A stretch of 64,000 nucleotides of DNA from Eledone cirrhosa (Eukaryota), in contig OZ024740.1 in the NCBI GenBank assembly GCA_964016885.1, forward strand, positions 27,900,001 to 27,964,000. The letters run 5' to 3'. The position numbers and the translations under genes are program-made. Under the pieces are notes generated by a model. That model ran no database searches, was not told the origin of the DNA, and worked only from the letters and a program-made list of their open reading frames with translations. Below, one piece after another: positions 52,537 to 64,000 of this stretch; within the stretch, counting starts at the first letter, position 1, and every line of letters begins with the position of its first letter.

Positions 52537-52862
52537 TAACTGCATATACACATGTACAGATACAAAGCATATACACATTCACACATACTCAAAAACATCC
52601 ACATCCACACATACAATAACATCCATACCTACACATGCAGACATGCATAAATATCTACCTAGTTGATATTGAGTAAATTCCAATGAGAGTCTTGTTTCTA
52701 TGTTAGAAACCAACTCTCTCTCTATTGGTAAAAATTTGTGAAATTGTATAACCAGAAGAACATACATACATATATACATACATACAGACATACATATATA
52801 CTTACATGCATACAAACATATATAGATACCTACAAGCATACAAACATAGATATATATGTACA

Positions 52863-53463
52863 AATGGTGGCTGCCAACTCGTTTTCGAGTACGGCCACTA
52901 CTTTATATCCATGTAGGAGAACCCCTACCGATGCGCTGAACGAGTGTGACTTTTTAGTCCAGCCAGCGACTTGAAAACTCTGGTACAAACACTACACTTG
53001 TGACAATTATTGACACATAGTGCTGGGCCCATGTGACGACAAGTGCAGAGAGATCTCCAGATATAAAGCAATGCCTGTGCCGTGAAGCTTTTATAGTGAG
53101 CAAAGGCACTGCACAAAGCCAGTCCCACTCTTTTAACCAAGATGATATTTACCAAAAAGAAGAACAAGTCAACATCATTGGATACCATCAGGGTTGCAGG
53201 TGTTATATCAGAGTTTTCCTTCTCTTAGCATTCTGCTTTGACAAAGGCTAAGGGGTCATCTCTCCCGATGATTTTGGATGGCCATTGACTCTTAAGAGCT
53301 CCTTTGCCCTTTAACAGGTTTTGTTTTTAGTCCTGCAGGATGTCCAAAGTCACCCTCCTCACCAAGAATCCTTGGTGGGGTTGCCAGTTTAGTCACCAAC
53401 GACCCGACCATGAAACAGGTTGTACTGGGATACATGTTACCAGTAGCACCAACTTGTGACCTG
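52863..53463 (-). mobile_element. ~600-bp bipartite non-autonomous RTE-derived element
   Basis: RTE-like 5'UTR motif (gagaaggaaaactctgat) joined to a LINE C-terminal zinc finger CSVCTRVFKSLAGLKSHTRSAH and a 3' hairpin. Paralogues at 55303-55768 and 62066-62220. Within (CATA)n. Confidence 0.75.
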
Positions 53464-54311
53464 ACATACATACATACATACATACATACATACATACATA
53501 CATACATACATACATACATACATCTATACACGCACACTCACATACGTACACACACACACACACACACTTACATACATACATACATACATGACATAACTCT
53601 AACTTTGGTAAACATGATGTTTCAGAGTTCGGTTCCACTTGTTTGACCTTTAGCCTTATTATTTGGTTGGTGGCCATGTTTATCTGTGTATGTAATAATG
53701 TTGTATAATATACACATGGTGCTTTCTTGGATATGGATATATATATATATATATATATATATATCTTATACCTTTCAACCTTTCTCTCTCCCTGCGTGCG
53801 CATGTGTATACATGTGTGTATATACATACAAATTGATGTGAAATGATAGATAGATAATATATATATACGTGTCTCTGTGTGTGTGTGCGCGTATGTATGT
53901 GCGTGTGTGTGTGTGTCTCTGTGTGTGTGTGTGTGTGTCTCTGTGTTTGTCTCTGTGTGTATCTGTGTATGTGTGTGTGTGTGTCTGTGTCTCTGTGTGT
54001 ATATGTATGTATGTGTGTGTGTGTGAGCAGATAGAGAGAGGGTGGAGAGTAAAAAAGGTGAGTGAATAAGGAGGATTTTATTTGCTTTCCTGGAGATAAC
54101 TTGATGCAATATATACGATAGAAAGTTAGATGTGTAAGTAATAGAAATGTCTAACTTTGGTACAATGGCAGATATTTAATGTGGAATATCTCATTGATTA
54201 ACCAAGTCGACCCCAGTACATTACTTCTACAATATTTTATCGATGCCGAAAACATAAATCGCAAGGTTAGCTTCGACATCATTTGAAATAAGAACGTAAG
54301 TGGCAGAAATA

Positions 54312-54530
54312 CTGTTTCCTTATATAGGCACAAGGCCAGTAACTCTTGGGGGAGGGAAAAGTCGATTAAATCGACTCCAGTGCGTGACTGGTAGTTTATT
54401 TTATCGACCCCGTAAGGATGAAAGGCAAAGTTAACCTCGGCGGGATTTGAACTCAGATCATAAAGGGCCGTAACTCTATGCCGCAAAGCATGGTGTACGC
54501 AACTCTACCGATACTACCAATCGACCGCCC
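54312..54530 (-). mobile_element. tRNA-derived SINE next to or nested in an older SINE fragment (~54190-54310)
   Basis: A/B boxes and ggggtcgataaaataaa core; degenerate TSD ggcagaaa. Confidence 0.85.
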
Positions 54531-54633
54531 TCTAGCGGCAGAAACAATAACCATATGTTGTTTTTATGTAAGCTTTAAAGGTTATGGAAACCTACATCCC
54601 TCGATTAACTAGATACTAATATCAAGAGACAGA

Positions 54634-54856
54634 AGGGTAATGCTTTGGCAGAATTGGTGGAGCGTCGAACAACATGTTTTGTGGTATACAGTTACAGCCC
54701 TTTCCGATCTGAGTTCAAATCCTGCCGAGGTTAGCCGTGCCTTTCATACTTACAGAGTCGATAACATTCAGTACCAGTAATTCACTGGGTTTGATTTAAT
54801 CGTATTTCCCCCTCCCCAAAACTGTTGGCCTTGTGCCTTAATCAAAAACCAATATT
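54634..54856 (+). mobile_element. tRNA-derived SINE
   Basis: tggcagaattggtgg, gagttcaaatcc; degenerate TSD aatat(c/t)aag(a/c)gacaga. Confidence 0.85.
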
Positions 54857-54916
54857 AAGCGACAGAGAATAAAAACCACCCCCAATATACGTATCCAATG
54901 TATGTATGGATAACCC

Positions 54917-55160
54917 ATCGCGCGGTTAAACCACTGGGAGTGAAGAACCCCTAGCCATGGCATTCTTCTAGGAGAAGGCAACTCAGGAAACTGGGATAAC
55001 TCCGACATAAAACCTGCGGCTCAGTAGTTACCGATGATGTTGATCTTTTCTTCTTTTCGGGTTAAAGCTACTGTCTCTCAGAGAGTGGGATTCGCTCAGT
55101 GCACAGTCTTTCCTCACTTTAAAAAATATCTTCACGCACAGGCATTGCACGATAGAATGA
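54917..55160 (+). mobile_element. RTE-5'UTR-like short element (uninterrupted paralogue of 6826-7185)
   Basis: Collinear with 6826-7185; single tcagtagttaccgatgat at 55021-55038. Confidence 0.7.
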
Positions 55161-55302
55161 ATTAATAATGATTGATAATGCTATATCGTGTAATGGCCAT
55201 ACTCGATAACGAGTATGTTACCTATGTTATGTATGTTATATATGTTATGTACGTATGTATGTTATGTATATTATGTATGTATGTATGTGTGTATGTGTGT
55301 AT

Positions 55303-55768
55303 GTCATCTCTCCCGGTGATTTTGGATGGTCATTGACTCTGAAGAGCTCCTTTGCCCTTAGCCTTTGTCAAGGCAGAATTCTAGGAGAAGGAAAACTCTG
55401 ATATAACACCTGCAACTCTGATGGTATCCAATGATGTTGACTTGTTCTTCTTTTTGGTAAATATCATTTTGGTTAAGAGAGTGGGACTGGCTTTGTGCAG
55501 TGCTTTTGCTCACTATAAAAGCTTCACGGCACAAGCATTGCTTTATATCTGGAGATCTCTCTGCACTTGTCGTCACATGATACCATGGTACCATGGGCCC
55601 AGAACTATGTGTCAGTAATTGTCACAGGTGTAGTGTTTGTACCAGAGTTTTCAAGTCGCTGGCTGGACTAAAAAGTCACACTCGTTCAGCGCATCGGTAG
55701 GGGTTCTCCTACATGGATATAAAGTAGTGGCAGTGGCCGTACTCGAAAACGAGTTGGCAGCCACCATG
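55303..55768 (+). mobile_element. 5'-truncated, 5'-inverted copy of the 52863-53463 element
   Basis: ~55356-55768 is the reverse complement of ~52863-53253; 55303-55357 is in the opposite orientation relative to the rest. Confidence 0.85.
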
Positions 55769-55796
55769 TATATATGTATGTATGTATGTTATAAAT

Positions 55797-55940
55797 AATT
55801 GTTTTTGATTTAGACACAAGACCAACTATTCTATTGGAGGGGAAAGCCAATTAAATTGACCCAGGTGCGTTGCTGATATTTTAATTTATTGACGTCATAA
55901 GGATGAAAGACAAAGCTAACCTCGGCGGGATTTGAACATC
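55797..55940 (-). mobile_element. 5'-truncated tRNA-derived SINE
   Basis: aaggatgaaagacaaagctaacctcggcgggatttgaac. Confidence 0.7.
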
Positions 55941-56739
55941 ATACCAGCAGAAATGTTGATTTTGTGTTGTACGAGCTGGCATAAAAATACGTGCGAAACG
56001 GCAAGCAATTTGAAAGCTGAGAAGGTCACATGTGTTTGAGATTTTTGTCTTGTTCAAAACATTACTATCTACTCTTATTGTAAACTTAATCTCCATTTGT
56101 TTTCCTTTCTTTCTTCTTATCACATCTACGTGCCCACACACTTCTACATATTCTCTCCCTCTTTCAATCTTTTCTAAGTTTTATCTGCCTGTCACTCACA
56201 ACTTTACTTCTTTCTTTGCCACGACTGGTCACTGATTTCTGTCCTTCGAGTTATTTTTATCCGAATCACATGCTGTCGATGACGGCATTGCATTTGAGTT
56301 TTTAACTTATTTCTGTAAATGATAATGTTTATATACAGTCTGGAAAAGGTTCAAGTTATGGAAGCCTAAAATAGTAATTATAATAAATAAATAATGAAAT
56401 ATTTACGTTCAGTAACTATATATTTCACTAACTATAATATATCGTTACAAAAGGAAAATATTCACAAAAATAGATTTAGATCTATACCAATGGGAAGTTA
56501 TGAAAAAATATTTTTAGAATATACTAAAACAATGTTAGAAATTATGGAAGCATAAAACAGTAATAAATATATTTATAATTAAAATATTTAGTGACTAAAA
56601 TATATCAGTAAAGAGGAGATAATCTCCATGTAAAATATGGCTTGTAATATGACCTAAGCGGGCTTACAATTATATGATAACTACGAGATCGAATGGAAAA
56701 CATTTTGAACATGTGTGTGGCTGTGTGTATGTGCGTGGT

Positions 56740-56849
<110 letters not shown>

Positions 56850-57115
56850 TAAAACATGTCTATAAAATCACAAGATAAAATATATACCATTTCCTCTCCC
56901 AATTAGCATAATTAACTATATAAAAAATCGAATAGACCAGGCTATAAGAATGAGGCTTCTATGAAGAAATCTCCAACAAATAACCGAAATTAGCCCTTCG
57001 CGGCGGCCACAACGGAATATTTATCGAATATTTCGACAGCGTAATCGCCCAGATACAGTCAACTAAACAGAATTAGGTGTAAAATAAACTAGGAGAAAAT
57101 AGAATACATTTAAAT

Positions 57116-57203
57116 ACCTCTACCATGGTTTCATCCGCATTTTGAGCTTTCCAATAATTATGTAATAATTATATAAACTCGAGCACCGGATTCATCAGGA
57201 GAT
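57116..57203 (-). ncRNA. Type I hammerhead ribozyme, copy 1
   Basis: ATCTC-CTGATGA-ATCCG...CGGAT-GAAA-C(CATG)G-TA-GAGGT. Confidence 0.88.
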
Positions 57204-57504
57204 TTGCTCTTATCTAGACACTAAATTTTCCAAAGTGATCGCGACAAGAATTTATTCAAAATGGCTAAGAATCGCGACGTAGTCGTGGTCAGGTTGGAAG
57301 GGGTGTGGTAGTTGCTTACGACTGGTGGCATTTTTGCTAGAAAGCACAGCACAATACAGCCAAATTTGTATCTCAACCTAATGGGAGATTATTACATATA
57401 AAAGTTTACATATATATTTACATATATATACATACATTCTTAGCCATTTTGAATGAATTCTTGGCGCGATCACTTTGGAAAATTTAGTGTCTAGATAAGA
57501 GCAA

Positions 57505-57592
57505 ATCTCCTGATGAATCCGGTGCTCGAGTTTATATAATTATTACATAATTATTGGAAAGCTCAAAATGCGGATGAAACCATGGTAGAGGT
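57505..57592 (+). ncRNA. Type I hammerhead ribozyme, copy 2
   Basis: Same motif; extended stem II (gagttt..ataatt/aattat..aagctc); palindromic stem III ACCATGGT. Confidence 0.88.
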
Positions 57593-58162
57593 ATTTAAAT
57601 GTATTCTATTTTCTCCTAGTTTATTTTACACCTAATTCTGTTTAGTTGACTGTATCTGGGCGATTACGATGTCGAAATATTCTATAAATATTCCGTTGTG
57701 GCCGACGTGAAGGGCTAATTTCGGTTATTTGTTGGAGATTTCTTCGTTGAAGCCTCATTCTTATATGCTGGTCTATTCGATTTTTTATATAGTTAATTAT
57801 GCTAATTGAGAGAGGAAATGGTATATATTTTACCTTGTGATTCTATAGACATGTTTTATGATATATAGCTCTGATTATTTAATTTATTAATTTTTCATTG
57901 AGCCACAAAATGACCCGTTGCAAAACACGTATATGTATATATATGTAAATATATATGTAAACATTTATATGTAATAATCTTCCATTAGGTTGAGATACAA
58001 ATTTGGCTTTATTGTGCTGTGCTTTCTAGCAAAAATGCCACCAGTCGTAAGCAACTACCACACCCCTTCAAACCTGACCGCGACTACGTCATGATTCTTA
58101 GCCATTTTGAATGAATTCTTGGCGCGATCACTTTGGAAAATTTAGTGTCTAGATAAGAGGAA

Positions 58163-58250
58163 ATCTCCTGATGAATCCGGTGCTCGAGTTTATATAATTA
58201 TTACATAATTATTGGAAAGCTAAAAATGCGGATGAAACCATGATAGAGGT
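58163..58250 (+). ncRNA. Type I hammerhead ribozyme, copy 3 (stem III G>A)
   Basis: GAAACCATGATA in place of GAAACCATGGTA. Confidence 0.75.
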
Positions 58251-58622
58251 ATTTAAATGTATTCTATTTGCTCCTAGTTTATTTTACACCTAATTCTGTT
58301 TGGTTGACTTTATCTGGGCGATTACGCTGTCAAAATATTCGATAAATATTTCGTTGTGGCCGACGCGAAGGGCTAATTTCGGTTATTTGTTGGAGATTTC
58401 TTCATAGAATCCTCATTCTTATAGCCTGGTCTATTCGATTTTTTATATAGTTAATTATGCTAATTGGGAGAGGACATGGTATATATTTTATCTTGTGATT
58501 CTATAGACATGTTTTAAGATATATAGCTCTGATTATTTAATTTATTAATTTTTAATTGAGCCACAAAGAGACCCGTTGCAAAACACGTATATGTATATAT
58601 ATGTAAATATATATGTAAACTT

Positions 58623-58667
<45 letters not shown>

Positions 58668-58738
58668 TATGTATGAATGTATATATATATATATACACAT
58701 ATATATATATACATTCATACACACACACACACACACAG

Positions 58739-58780
<42 letters not shown>

Positions 58781-59500
58781 GTCTGTGTGTGTGTCGTTTA
58801 TAATTGTACATAGATAACCACAGCTAACACTTTCAAAATTAGACAACCATAAATACCGAAATACCTAAAATTCTCTACACTAAGCTGTCCTTACGGAATA
58901 TCCCTGATAATAATATGAAACCTCATTTAAATGCCTTTTGAAATTACATAAAACATAAAGTAGAAGGCTGTTAAGACTGGAAACTATTAAAGAAAAAACA
59001 CTTATTACATAATTTCTTCAAACATTAAAATTTATTAAAATGGCGTACATAAAATCTAATGACACTAAAATTCATTAAAATTTATTACGTAAATTTATAC
59101 ATTAAAATTTATTACGATTTATTACATCAACTTTTAAGGAAATATATTTCATTAATATTTATAACATTAATTATTTAAATTAATTTTTGTCATATTTTTA
59201 TTAATAAATAAAAAAGGAATATTTGAAATATAAAATAAATAAAAAAAATTAGAAATAATCAAATATGTCTATTTCTCCTTTTCCCCGTCATCCCTTCCCT
59301 TACCATTCCCCTGCTTCCATCAGATCACATCTAATTATTTGCATTTATAGATACTTCATCATGTATTTAGGCTATAAAATATAACAAAGAGATCTGCGAT
59401 GGAGTTTCAATCCCTAGCTAAATATATTTAGGAAAATTTAAATGGAATGTCTTTTACAATTTACACGTCAAATATATAAGTATTATTTGAAACTATCAAA

Positions 59501-59684
59501 GGGCGGTGGATTGGCAGTATCGGTAGAGGGTCGGACGCCATGCTTTCCAGCATAGTTACGTCCCTTTACGATCTGAGTTCAAATCCCGCCGAGGTTGACT
59601 TTGCTTTCATCCTTACGGGGTCGATAAAATAAAGTACCAGTAATGCACTGGGTAATTGGTGGCCTTGTGGCTAAAGTAGAAACC
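59501..59684 (+). mobile_element. Full-length tRNA-derived SINE with perfect 19-bp TSD
   Basis: TSD attatttgaaactatcaaa at 59482-59500 and 59685-59703; A box TGGCAGTATCGG, B box GAGTTCAAATCC. Confidence 0.93.
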
Positions 59685-59949
59685 ATTATTTGAAACTATC
59701 AAAAGTATTGAGGGTATATTTCTACTTACGAAGCCTAATAAATAGGAACGTTCAGAGTTCCCTCCCTTCTTTGGTCGACCACAGATAAATATTATCCGTT
59801 AATCTCAATTCCTGGAAGCACTTTATTTTGATTTTTCTAACATTTTTAGTAACCCCCTATAGTGTCAATAAACAATATTGATGACGCTATATATGTATAT
59901 ATATATATATGTGGGTGGGGGGGGGCATGTGTGTGTGTATGTGTGTGTG

Positions 59950-61730
59950 TGATGATTGATTGCTACTTCTTGTCCGAAGTGTGACATCACTTCATTGGAC
60001 ATTGTGCGATCATGTGAACGCAGGTGATTTTTCAGATTAGCCTTTGTTTTGCAAGAACGTTCACAGATGTGACACTTAAGCTGTTTGTCTTTTGGGTATT
60101 ACCGGCTGTTTTGTGGTGTAACTTCATGCATTCTACGACGTCTTGTCAGTCGACCAGCAGACATGCGAATTAGACCACACTCATTGCAAATGTACCATGG
60201 ATGGCATGGCAGTAAAACCACCTCAAAGGCTTTAGTAAGATCCACAAATACAGTGGCATTCGCTGCGCAACTTCTCCATAAGCTGGTGGGCTGAGACAAT
60301 CATTTCCATAGTGACCCACCCATGAATAGCACCAGGGCAGATCCATTTTATTAGACAATCCATCGGGGCTTTCGATTAGATATTACCTATAGATTCGAAC
60401 ACTTATACCACGATAGTTGCCGTATTCTGACTTGGAGCTTTTGCGCTTGTAAAGACTGAGTACATCAAGCCCAACCCTGTAAACCTGTGTATTAAACTGT
60501 TCCCAAGTTCCACCAAAGACGAAGTTTTTAAGTGCATTATGAAGACCATCTCGCATTTCTACACTTTCCAGTTTGGAAAGATCTACACCTTTTGACACTT
60601 GTACCCCTGCTTCTCTCAATTGTTTCCTGATATGCGCCTTCATTTTGCCACGCCCAAGTTTGTTTACTGTACCATCTTTTAGACCAGGTATTACCCAGAC
60701 AAAGCAGATATCTTGGCCATATCTGTTCCTGGTAATAATATAATCCAAGCTGTGTCCATGTTTGGATCTCGGGTTTATCCATGTTACGTTGTGCATCTCC
60801 TTTTGAAATAAAGTATTGCTCACTGCCAGCTCAAACTCTGTGAATAATTGCAGGAGGAGAACATTTGCATTCATCTTGCCCATACCTTGCCGTCCTAAGA
60901 TACTCCAGATATGGTCGGCCGTTCCCACATGTGCATTGAAATCTCCAAGAAGCAAGATTTTGGGCGAATGTGGAATTGATGTTATACACCCTCGAAAATC
61001 TTTGTAAAAAGTCAAGATTAATACCTGGTTATTATCCAGGCTAGGGGCATACACTGAGATGATAGTCATGGAATATCCTCCTGACAAAGAAATTCTCAGA
61101 TGTATAAATCAACCACCAATGATTTGTGGTTGCTCCAGTTACTTGATGAACTCCAGCGAAACCTACTCCCCATTCCTTTTCTCCCCATTTGGTTTGGTTT
61201 TCCAGAAGTATAGCCGCACCCGTCTCTGACACATGGCCTTCCCAACTAAGACGGGTATCAAAGAGCGCAGCTATATCAATTTTGTACTTGTTAAATTCTC
61301 TGCCAACAATAGCAACTCTGCATTCTGGATTCGTGGATCATTCCGATGTAATTTTATTATTTTGAAAGTTTTTCTGACAATTACTATTCATCTTGTTGTT
61401 TTTCCTGTCTATATGAATAGCTACAAGCAGCAGGTAGCTAACTAGCATGGTGGTGGAATAGACAATGTTAGGGTAACCTTTTATAGACCTCTCTGAAGAT
61501 TTGTGTAAGCAGTGTTCTCGTTTAAAAGGGCTACTCAGTCACAAAAGACACCGCCCAAGCCAATTCTCATTCCGAAAATTGGAAATTATGTTCATATTCC
61601 TTAAGCCGCCTACGTGTAGATTATCAACTGTATACCTCCAACTCGTTAGGTCTGTATACGTCACTGCTTCCCCATCGCCGCGGGACTTTGAAGAGATATC
61701 TGTACAAAGATATCAAAGCCACATGTGGTT
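59950..61730 (-). mobile_element. Old, internally deleted RTE LINE
   Basis: APE (ISVYAPS, LLGDFNAHVG, LDYII) in 60383-61087, GNYRGIS, VFVDLTKAF, two C-terminal CxxC fingers, (CA)n-adjacent tail. The 5' boundary is uncertain. Confidence 0.78.
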
Positions 61731-62065
61731 GTGGTAAACACATGTGGCTCTCTAGGTATCAATAGCTTGAATCCAATGACAAGCAAATGCAGGATGATTA
61801 GTAGCTATATCGATCGCAGATTTGTTCAGAGATTCCTTCTCGCAGGAAGAAACAGACTATTGGTAGCTGTATCAAGCAGAGGTTATTCCAGATAAATAAA
61901 TGAATGAGATAGATAAATAAAATAAAAAAAGAATTATTTAAAAGCTTAGAAGTCTTTTTACTGATTTATATGCATGCACACACACGTACGCACAAACAGT
62001 TACGCACACGCCCACATATACATATTTACATGCCAACACAATATGTACACATGTACACACTATTA

Positions 62066-62220
62066 GATGGCCATTGACTCTCATGGGTTACTCAAATTTT
62101 GGGCTGGTATTGTTTTTTAGTTTGTTCAATATCACCCTCCTCACCAAACAAACTTAGTTTCCGACAGTGCTACAGGTTGTTCTGAGTTACATGTTACCAG
62201 TAGCCTTTACGAGTGACCTG
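62066..62220 (-). mobile_element. Diverged 5' fragment of the 52863-53463 family
   Basis: gatggccattgactct..caccctcctcaccaa..tacatgttaccagtagc..gtgacctg. Confidence 0.7.
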
Positions 62221-62339
62221 TATGTATATATATGTATGTATTTATGTATGTATGTATGTATGAATGTATGTATATATGTATGTATGTATGTATATAAGTA
62301 TGTATGTATATATGTAGGATTGTATGTATATATGTATAA

Positions 62340-62520
62340 TCTTCTGGTTTTATAATTTCACAAATGTTTACCAATAGACAGTCGGATTCTAACATAGACA
62401 CAAGATTCTCTCATTGGAATTTACACAACATCAACTAGGTAGATATGTATGCATGCATGTGTAGATATGGATGTTATTGTATGTGTGGATGTGTATTTAT
62501 GTATGCTTGTGGTTGGCTAT
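62340..62520 (-). mobile_element. 3' UTR fragment of the R4/Dong-like family
   Basis: Reverse complement of ~52590-52758 (tatctacctagttgat..aaattccaatgagag..aaccagaag), abutting (TATG)n. Confidence 0.8.
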
Positions 62521-62588
62521 GTGTATATGTCTATATATGAATTTATGTATCTATGCATATTTATCTGTATATATGCCTGTACACGTAA

Positions 62589-62975
<387 letters not shown>

Positions 62976-64000
62976 GATAGTGAATTGTTTATATTATTTT
63001 AATAAGTCTTAGTGTTAAGGACAATTAGAAAAAGACAGAGAGAAAGAAAAAAGACGGAGAGAGAGAAAAAAGAAAAAGAAAAAAACATGGAGAAATATCG
63101 GAGAGAGAGAAATGCATGGAGAAAAAAGAGAGAGATAAATAAAGACAGGAGGAAAGAAAGAAAAAAGAAAAAAGGAAGAAATAAGAAAAACAGAGGAAAG
63201 CAACAGAGAGATATCAAGTCATCAGACAGATAGAACAACTCAAGAGAGAGAAATAATATATAGAGAGAGGGGGAGATAATGAAAACTTTACGTCATGTCA
63301 TATTAAGTTGAGTTAACAATTTATATGAAATGAATAATAAAAATATAAATATTAATATTCATGAATGGGACATAAATATATAATATGAGAAATTAAACAT
63401 TGTTTAATAATGATTATATGTTTAGTTTAAAACTTGAGATCAATATACCAAAATTTGAGAAACCACTATCTTACAGCAAAGATAGACAAATATATATATA
63501 CACGTCCTGAGAATTGAAATTATGTCTACTCAGGTCTACAATATAGACATACAAAACGCAAATGATTTCTCTTAATCACTGCTATACATTCCTTGTGTTG
63601 TAAAAAGTTCACAGTATATATACATAAATATATACGATTAACATTCATGCCTTCATATATACGATTACCATTCATGCATTTAACATTTTGTTAAAATTAT
63701 GCATATCTGCAATAAAAACTGCGTGGGTAGGCATGCACACACATACATATACATATATATGTATATGTAGGCATGCACACACATACATACACATACATAT
63801 GTATAAATAAAGATTTGCGTGCGTCTTCACCAATTGTTAGACCCGCATCGCTCATGTATACATACAGACAGATATACAATCTTAAAAAAAACTATAACAC
63901 TTTTATATGCATGTTAATACACACATACACATCTGTATAGAGATAATCAAATATCAATATATTACTAAAGGTTTATACTTTGGAAATATAATTATAACAA

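Larger units (their letters stand above)
48680..52760 (+). mobile_element. R4/Dong-clade RLE non-LTR retrotransposon, near full length, disrupted
   Basis: N-terminal W..LNNDLFNCY..GYMDRMKLHW; RT motifs WLDYRKAFNSVPHSW, GIFQGDSLS..F.L.LNPLS, FFVDDLKLY; LYLKRKQGGRGL; CRLC..H....C knuckle, RHDVV; RLE VVEISCP..K..EK..Y. Flanked by (CATA)n. Confidence 0.88.

Noticed and set aside
56198-56312. Possible minus-strand exon (tttacag acceptor, gtgagt donor)
   Set aside because: Stops in all three frames between these sites and no recognisable homology; unsupported without RNA data.

Overview
AT-rich, repeat-dominated animal genomic DNA. The tRNA-derived SINEs and RTE-derived elements resemble octopod cephalopod families; this is inferred from memory, not from a search. 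No conventional host gene can be supported. Main contents: (1) a full-length but disrupted RTE LINE (1308-5077) starting exactly at an HDV-like ribozyme; (2) a Penelope-like GIY-YIG remnant and several non-coding, often fold-back or tandem elements carrying type I hammerhead ribozyme (HHR) motifs, about seven with an intact catalytic core plus several decayed ones; (3) a CRE-clade 3' fragment, a near full-length R4/Dong-clade RLE LINE sitting in (CATA)n, a decayed minus-strand RTE, many SINEs with TSDs, and bipartite RTE-derived elements, one with a twin-priming inversion; (4) a ~29 kb tandem-repeat block made of ~360 copies of a 51-bp unit (18.96-37.37 kb) and ~10 kb of 12/15-bp units, which reads as giant Thr/Asn-rich ORFs of uncertain coding status. 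Most ORFs in the track are microsatellite artefacts. Coordinates and RNA folds were worked out by eye.
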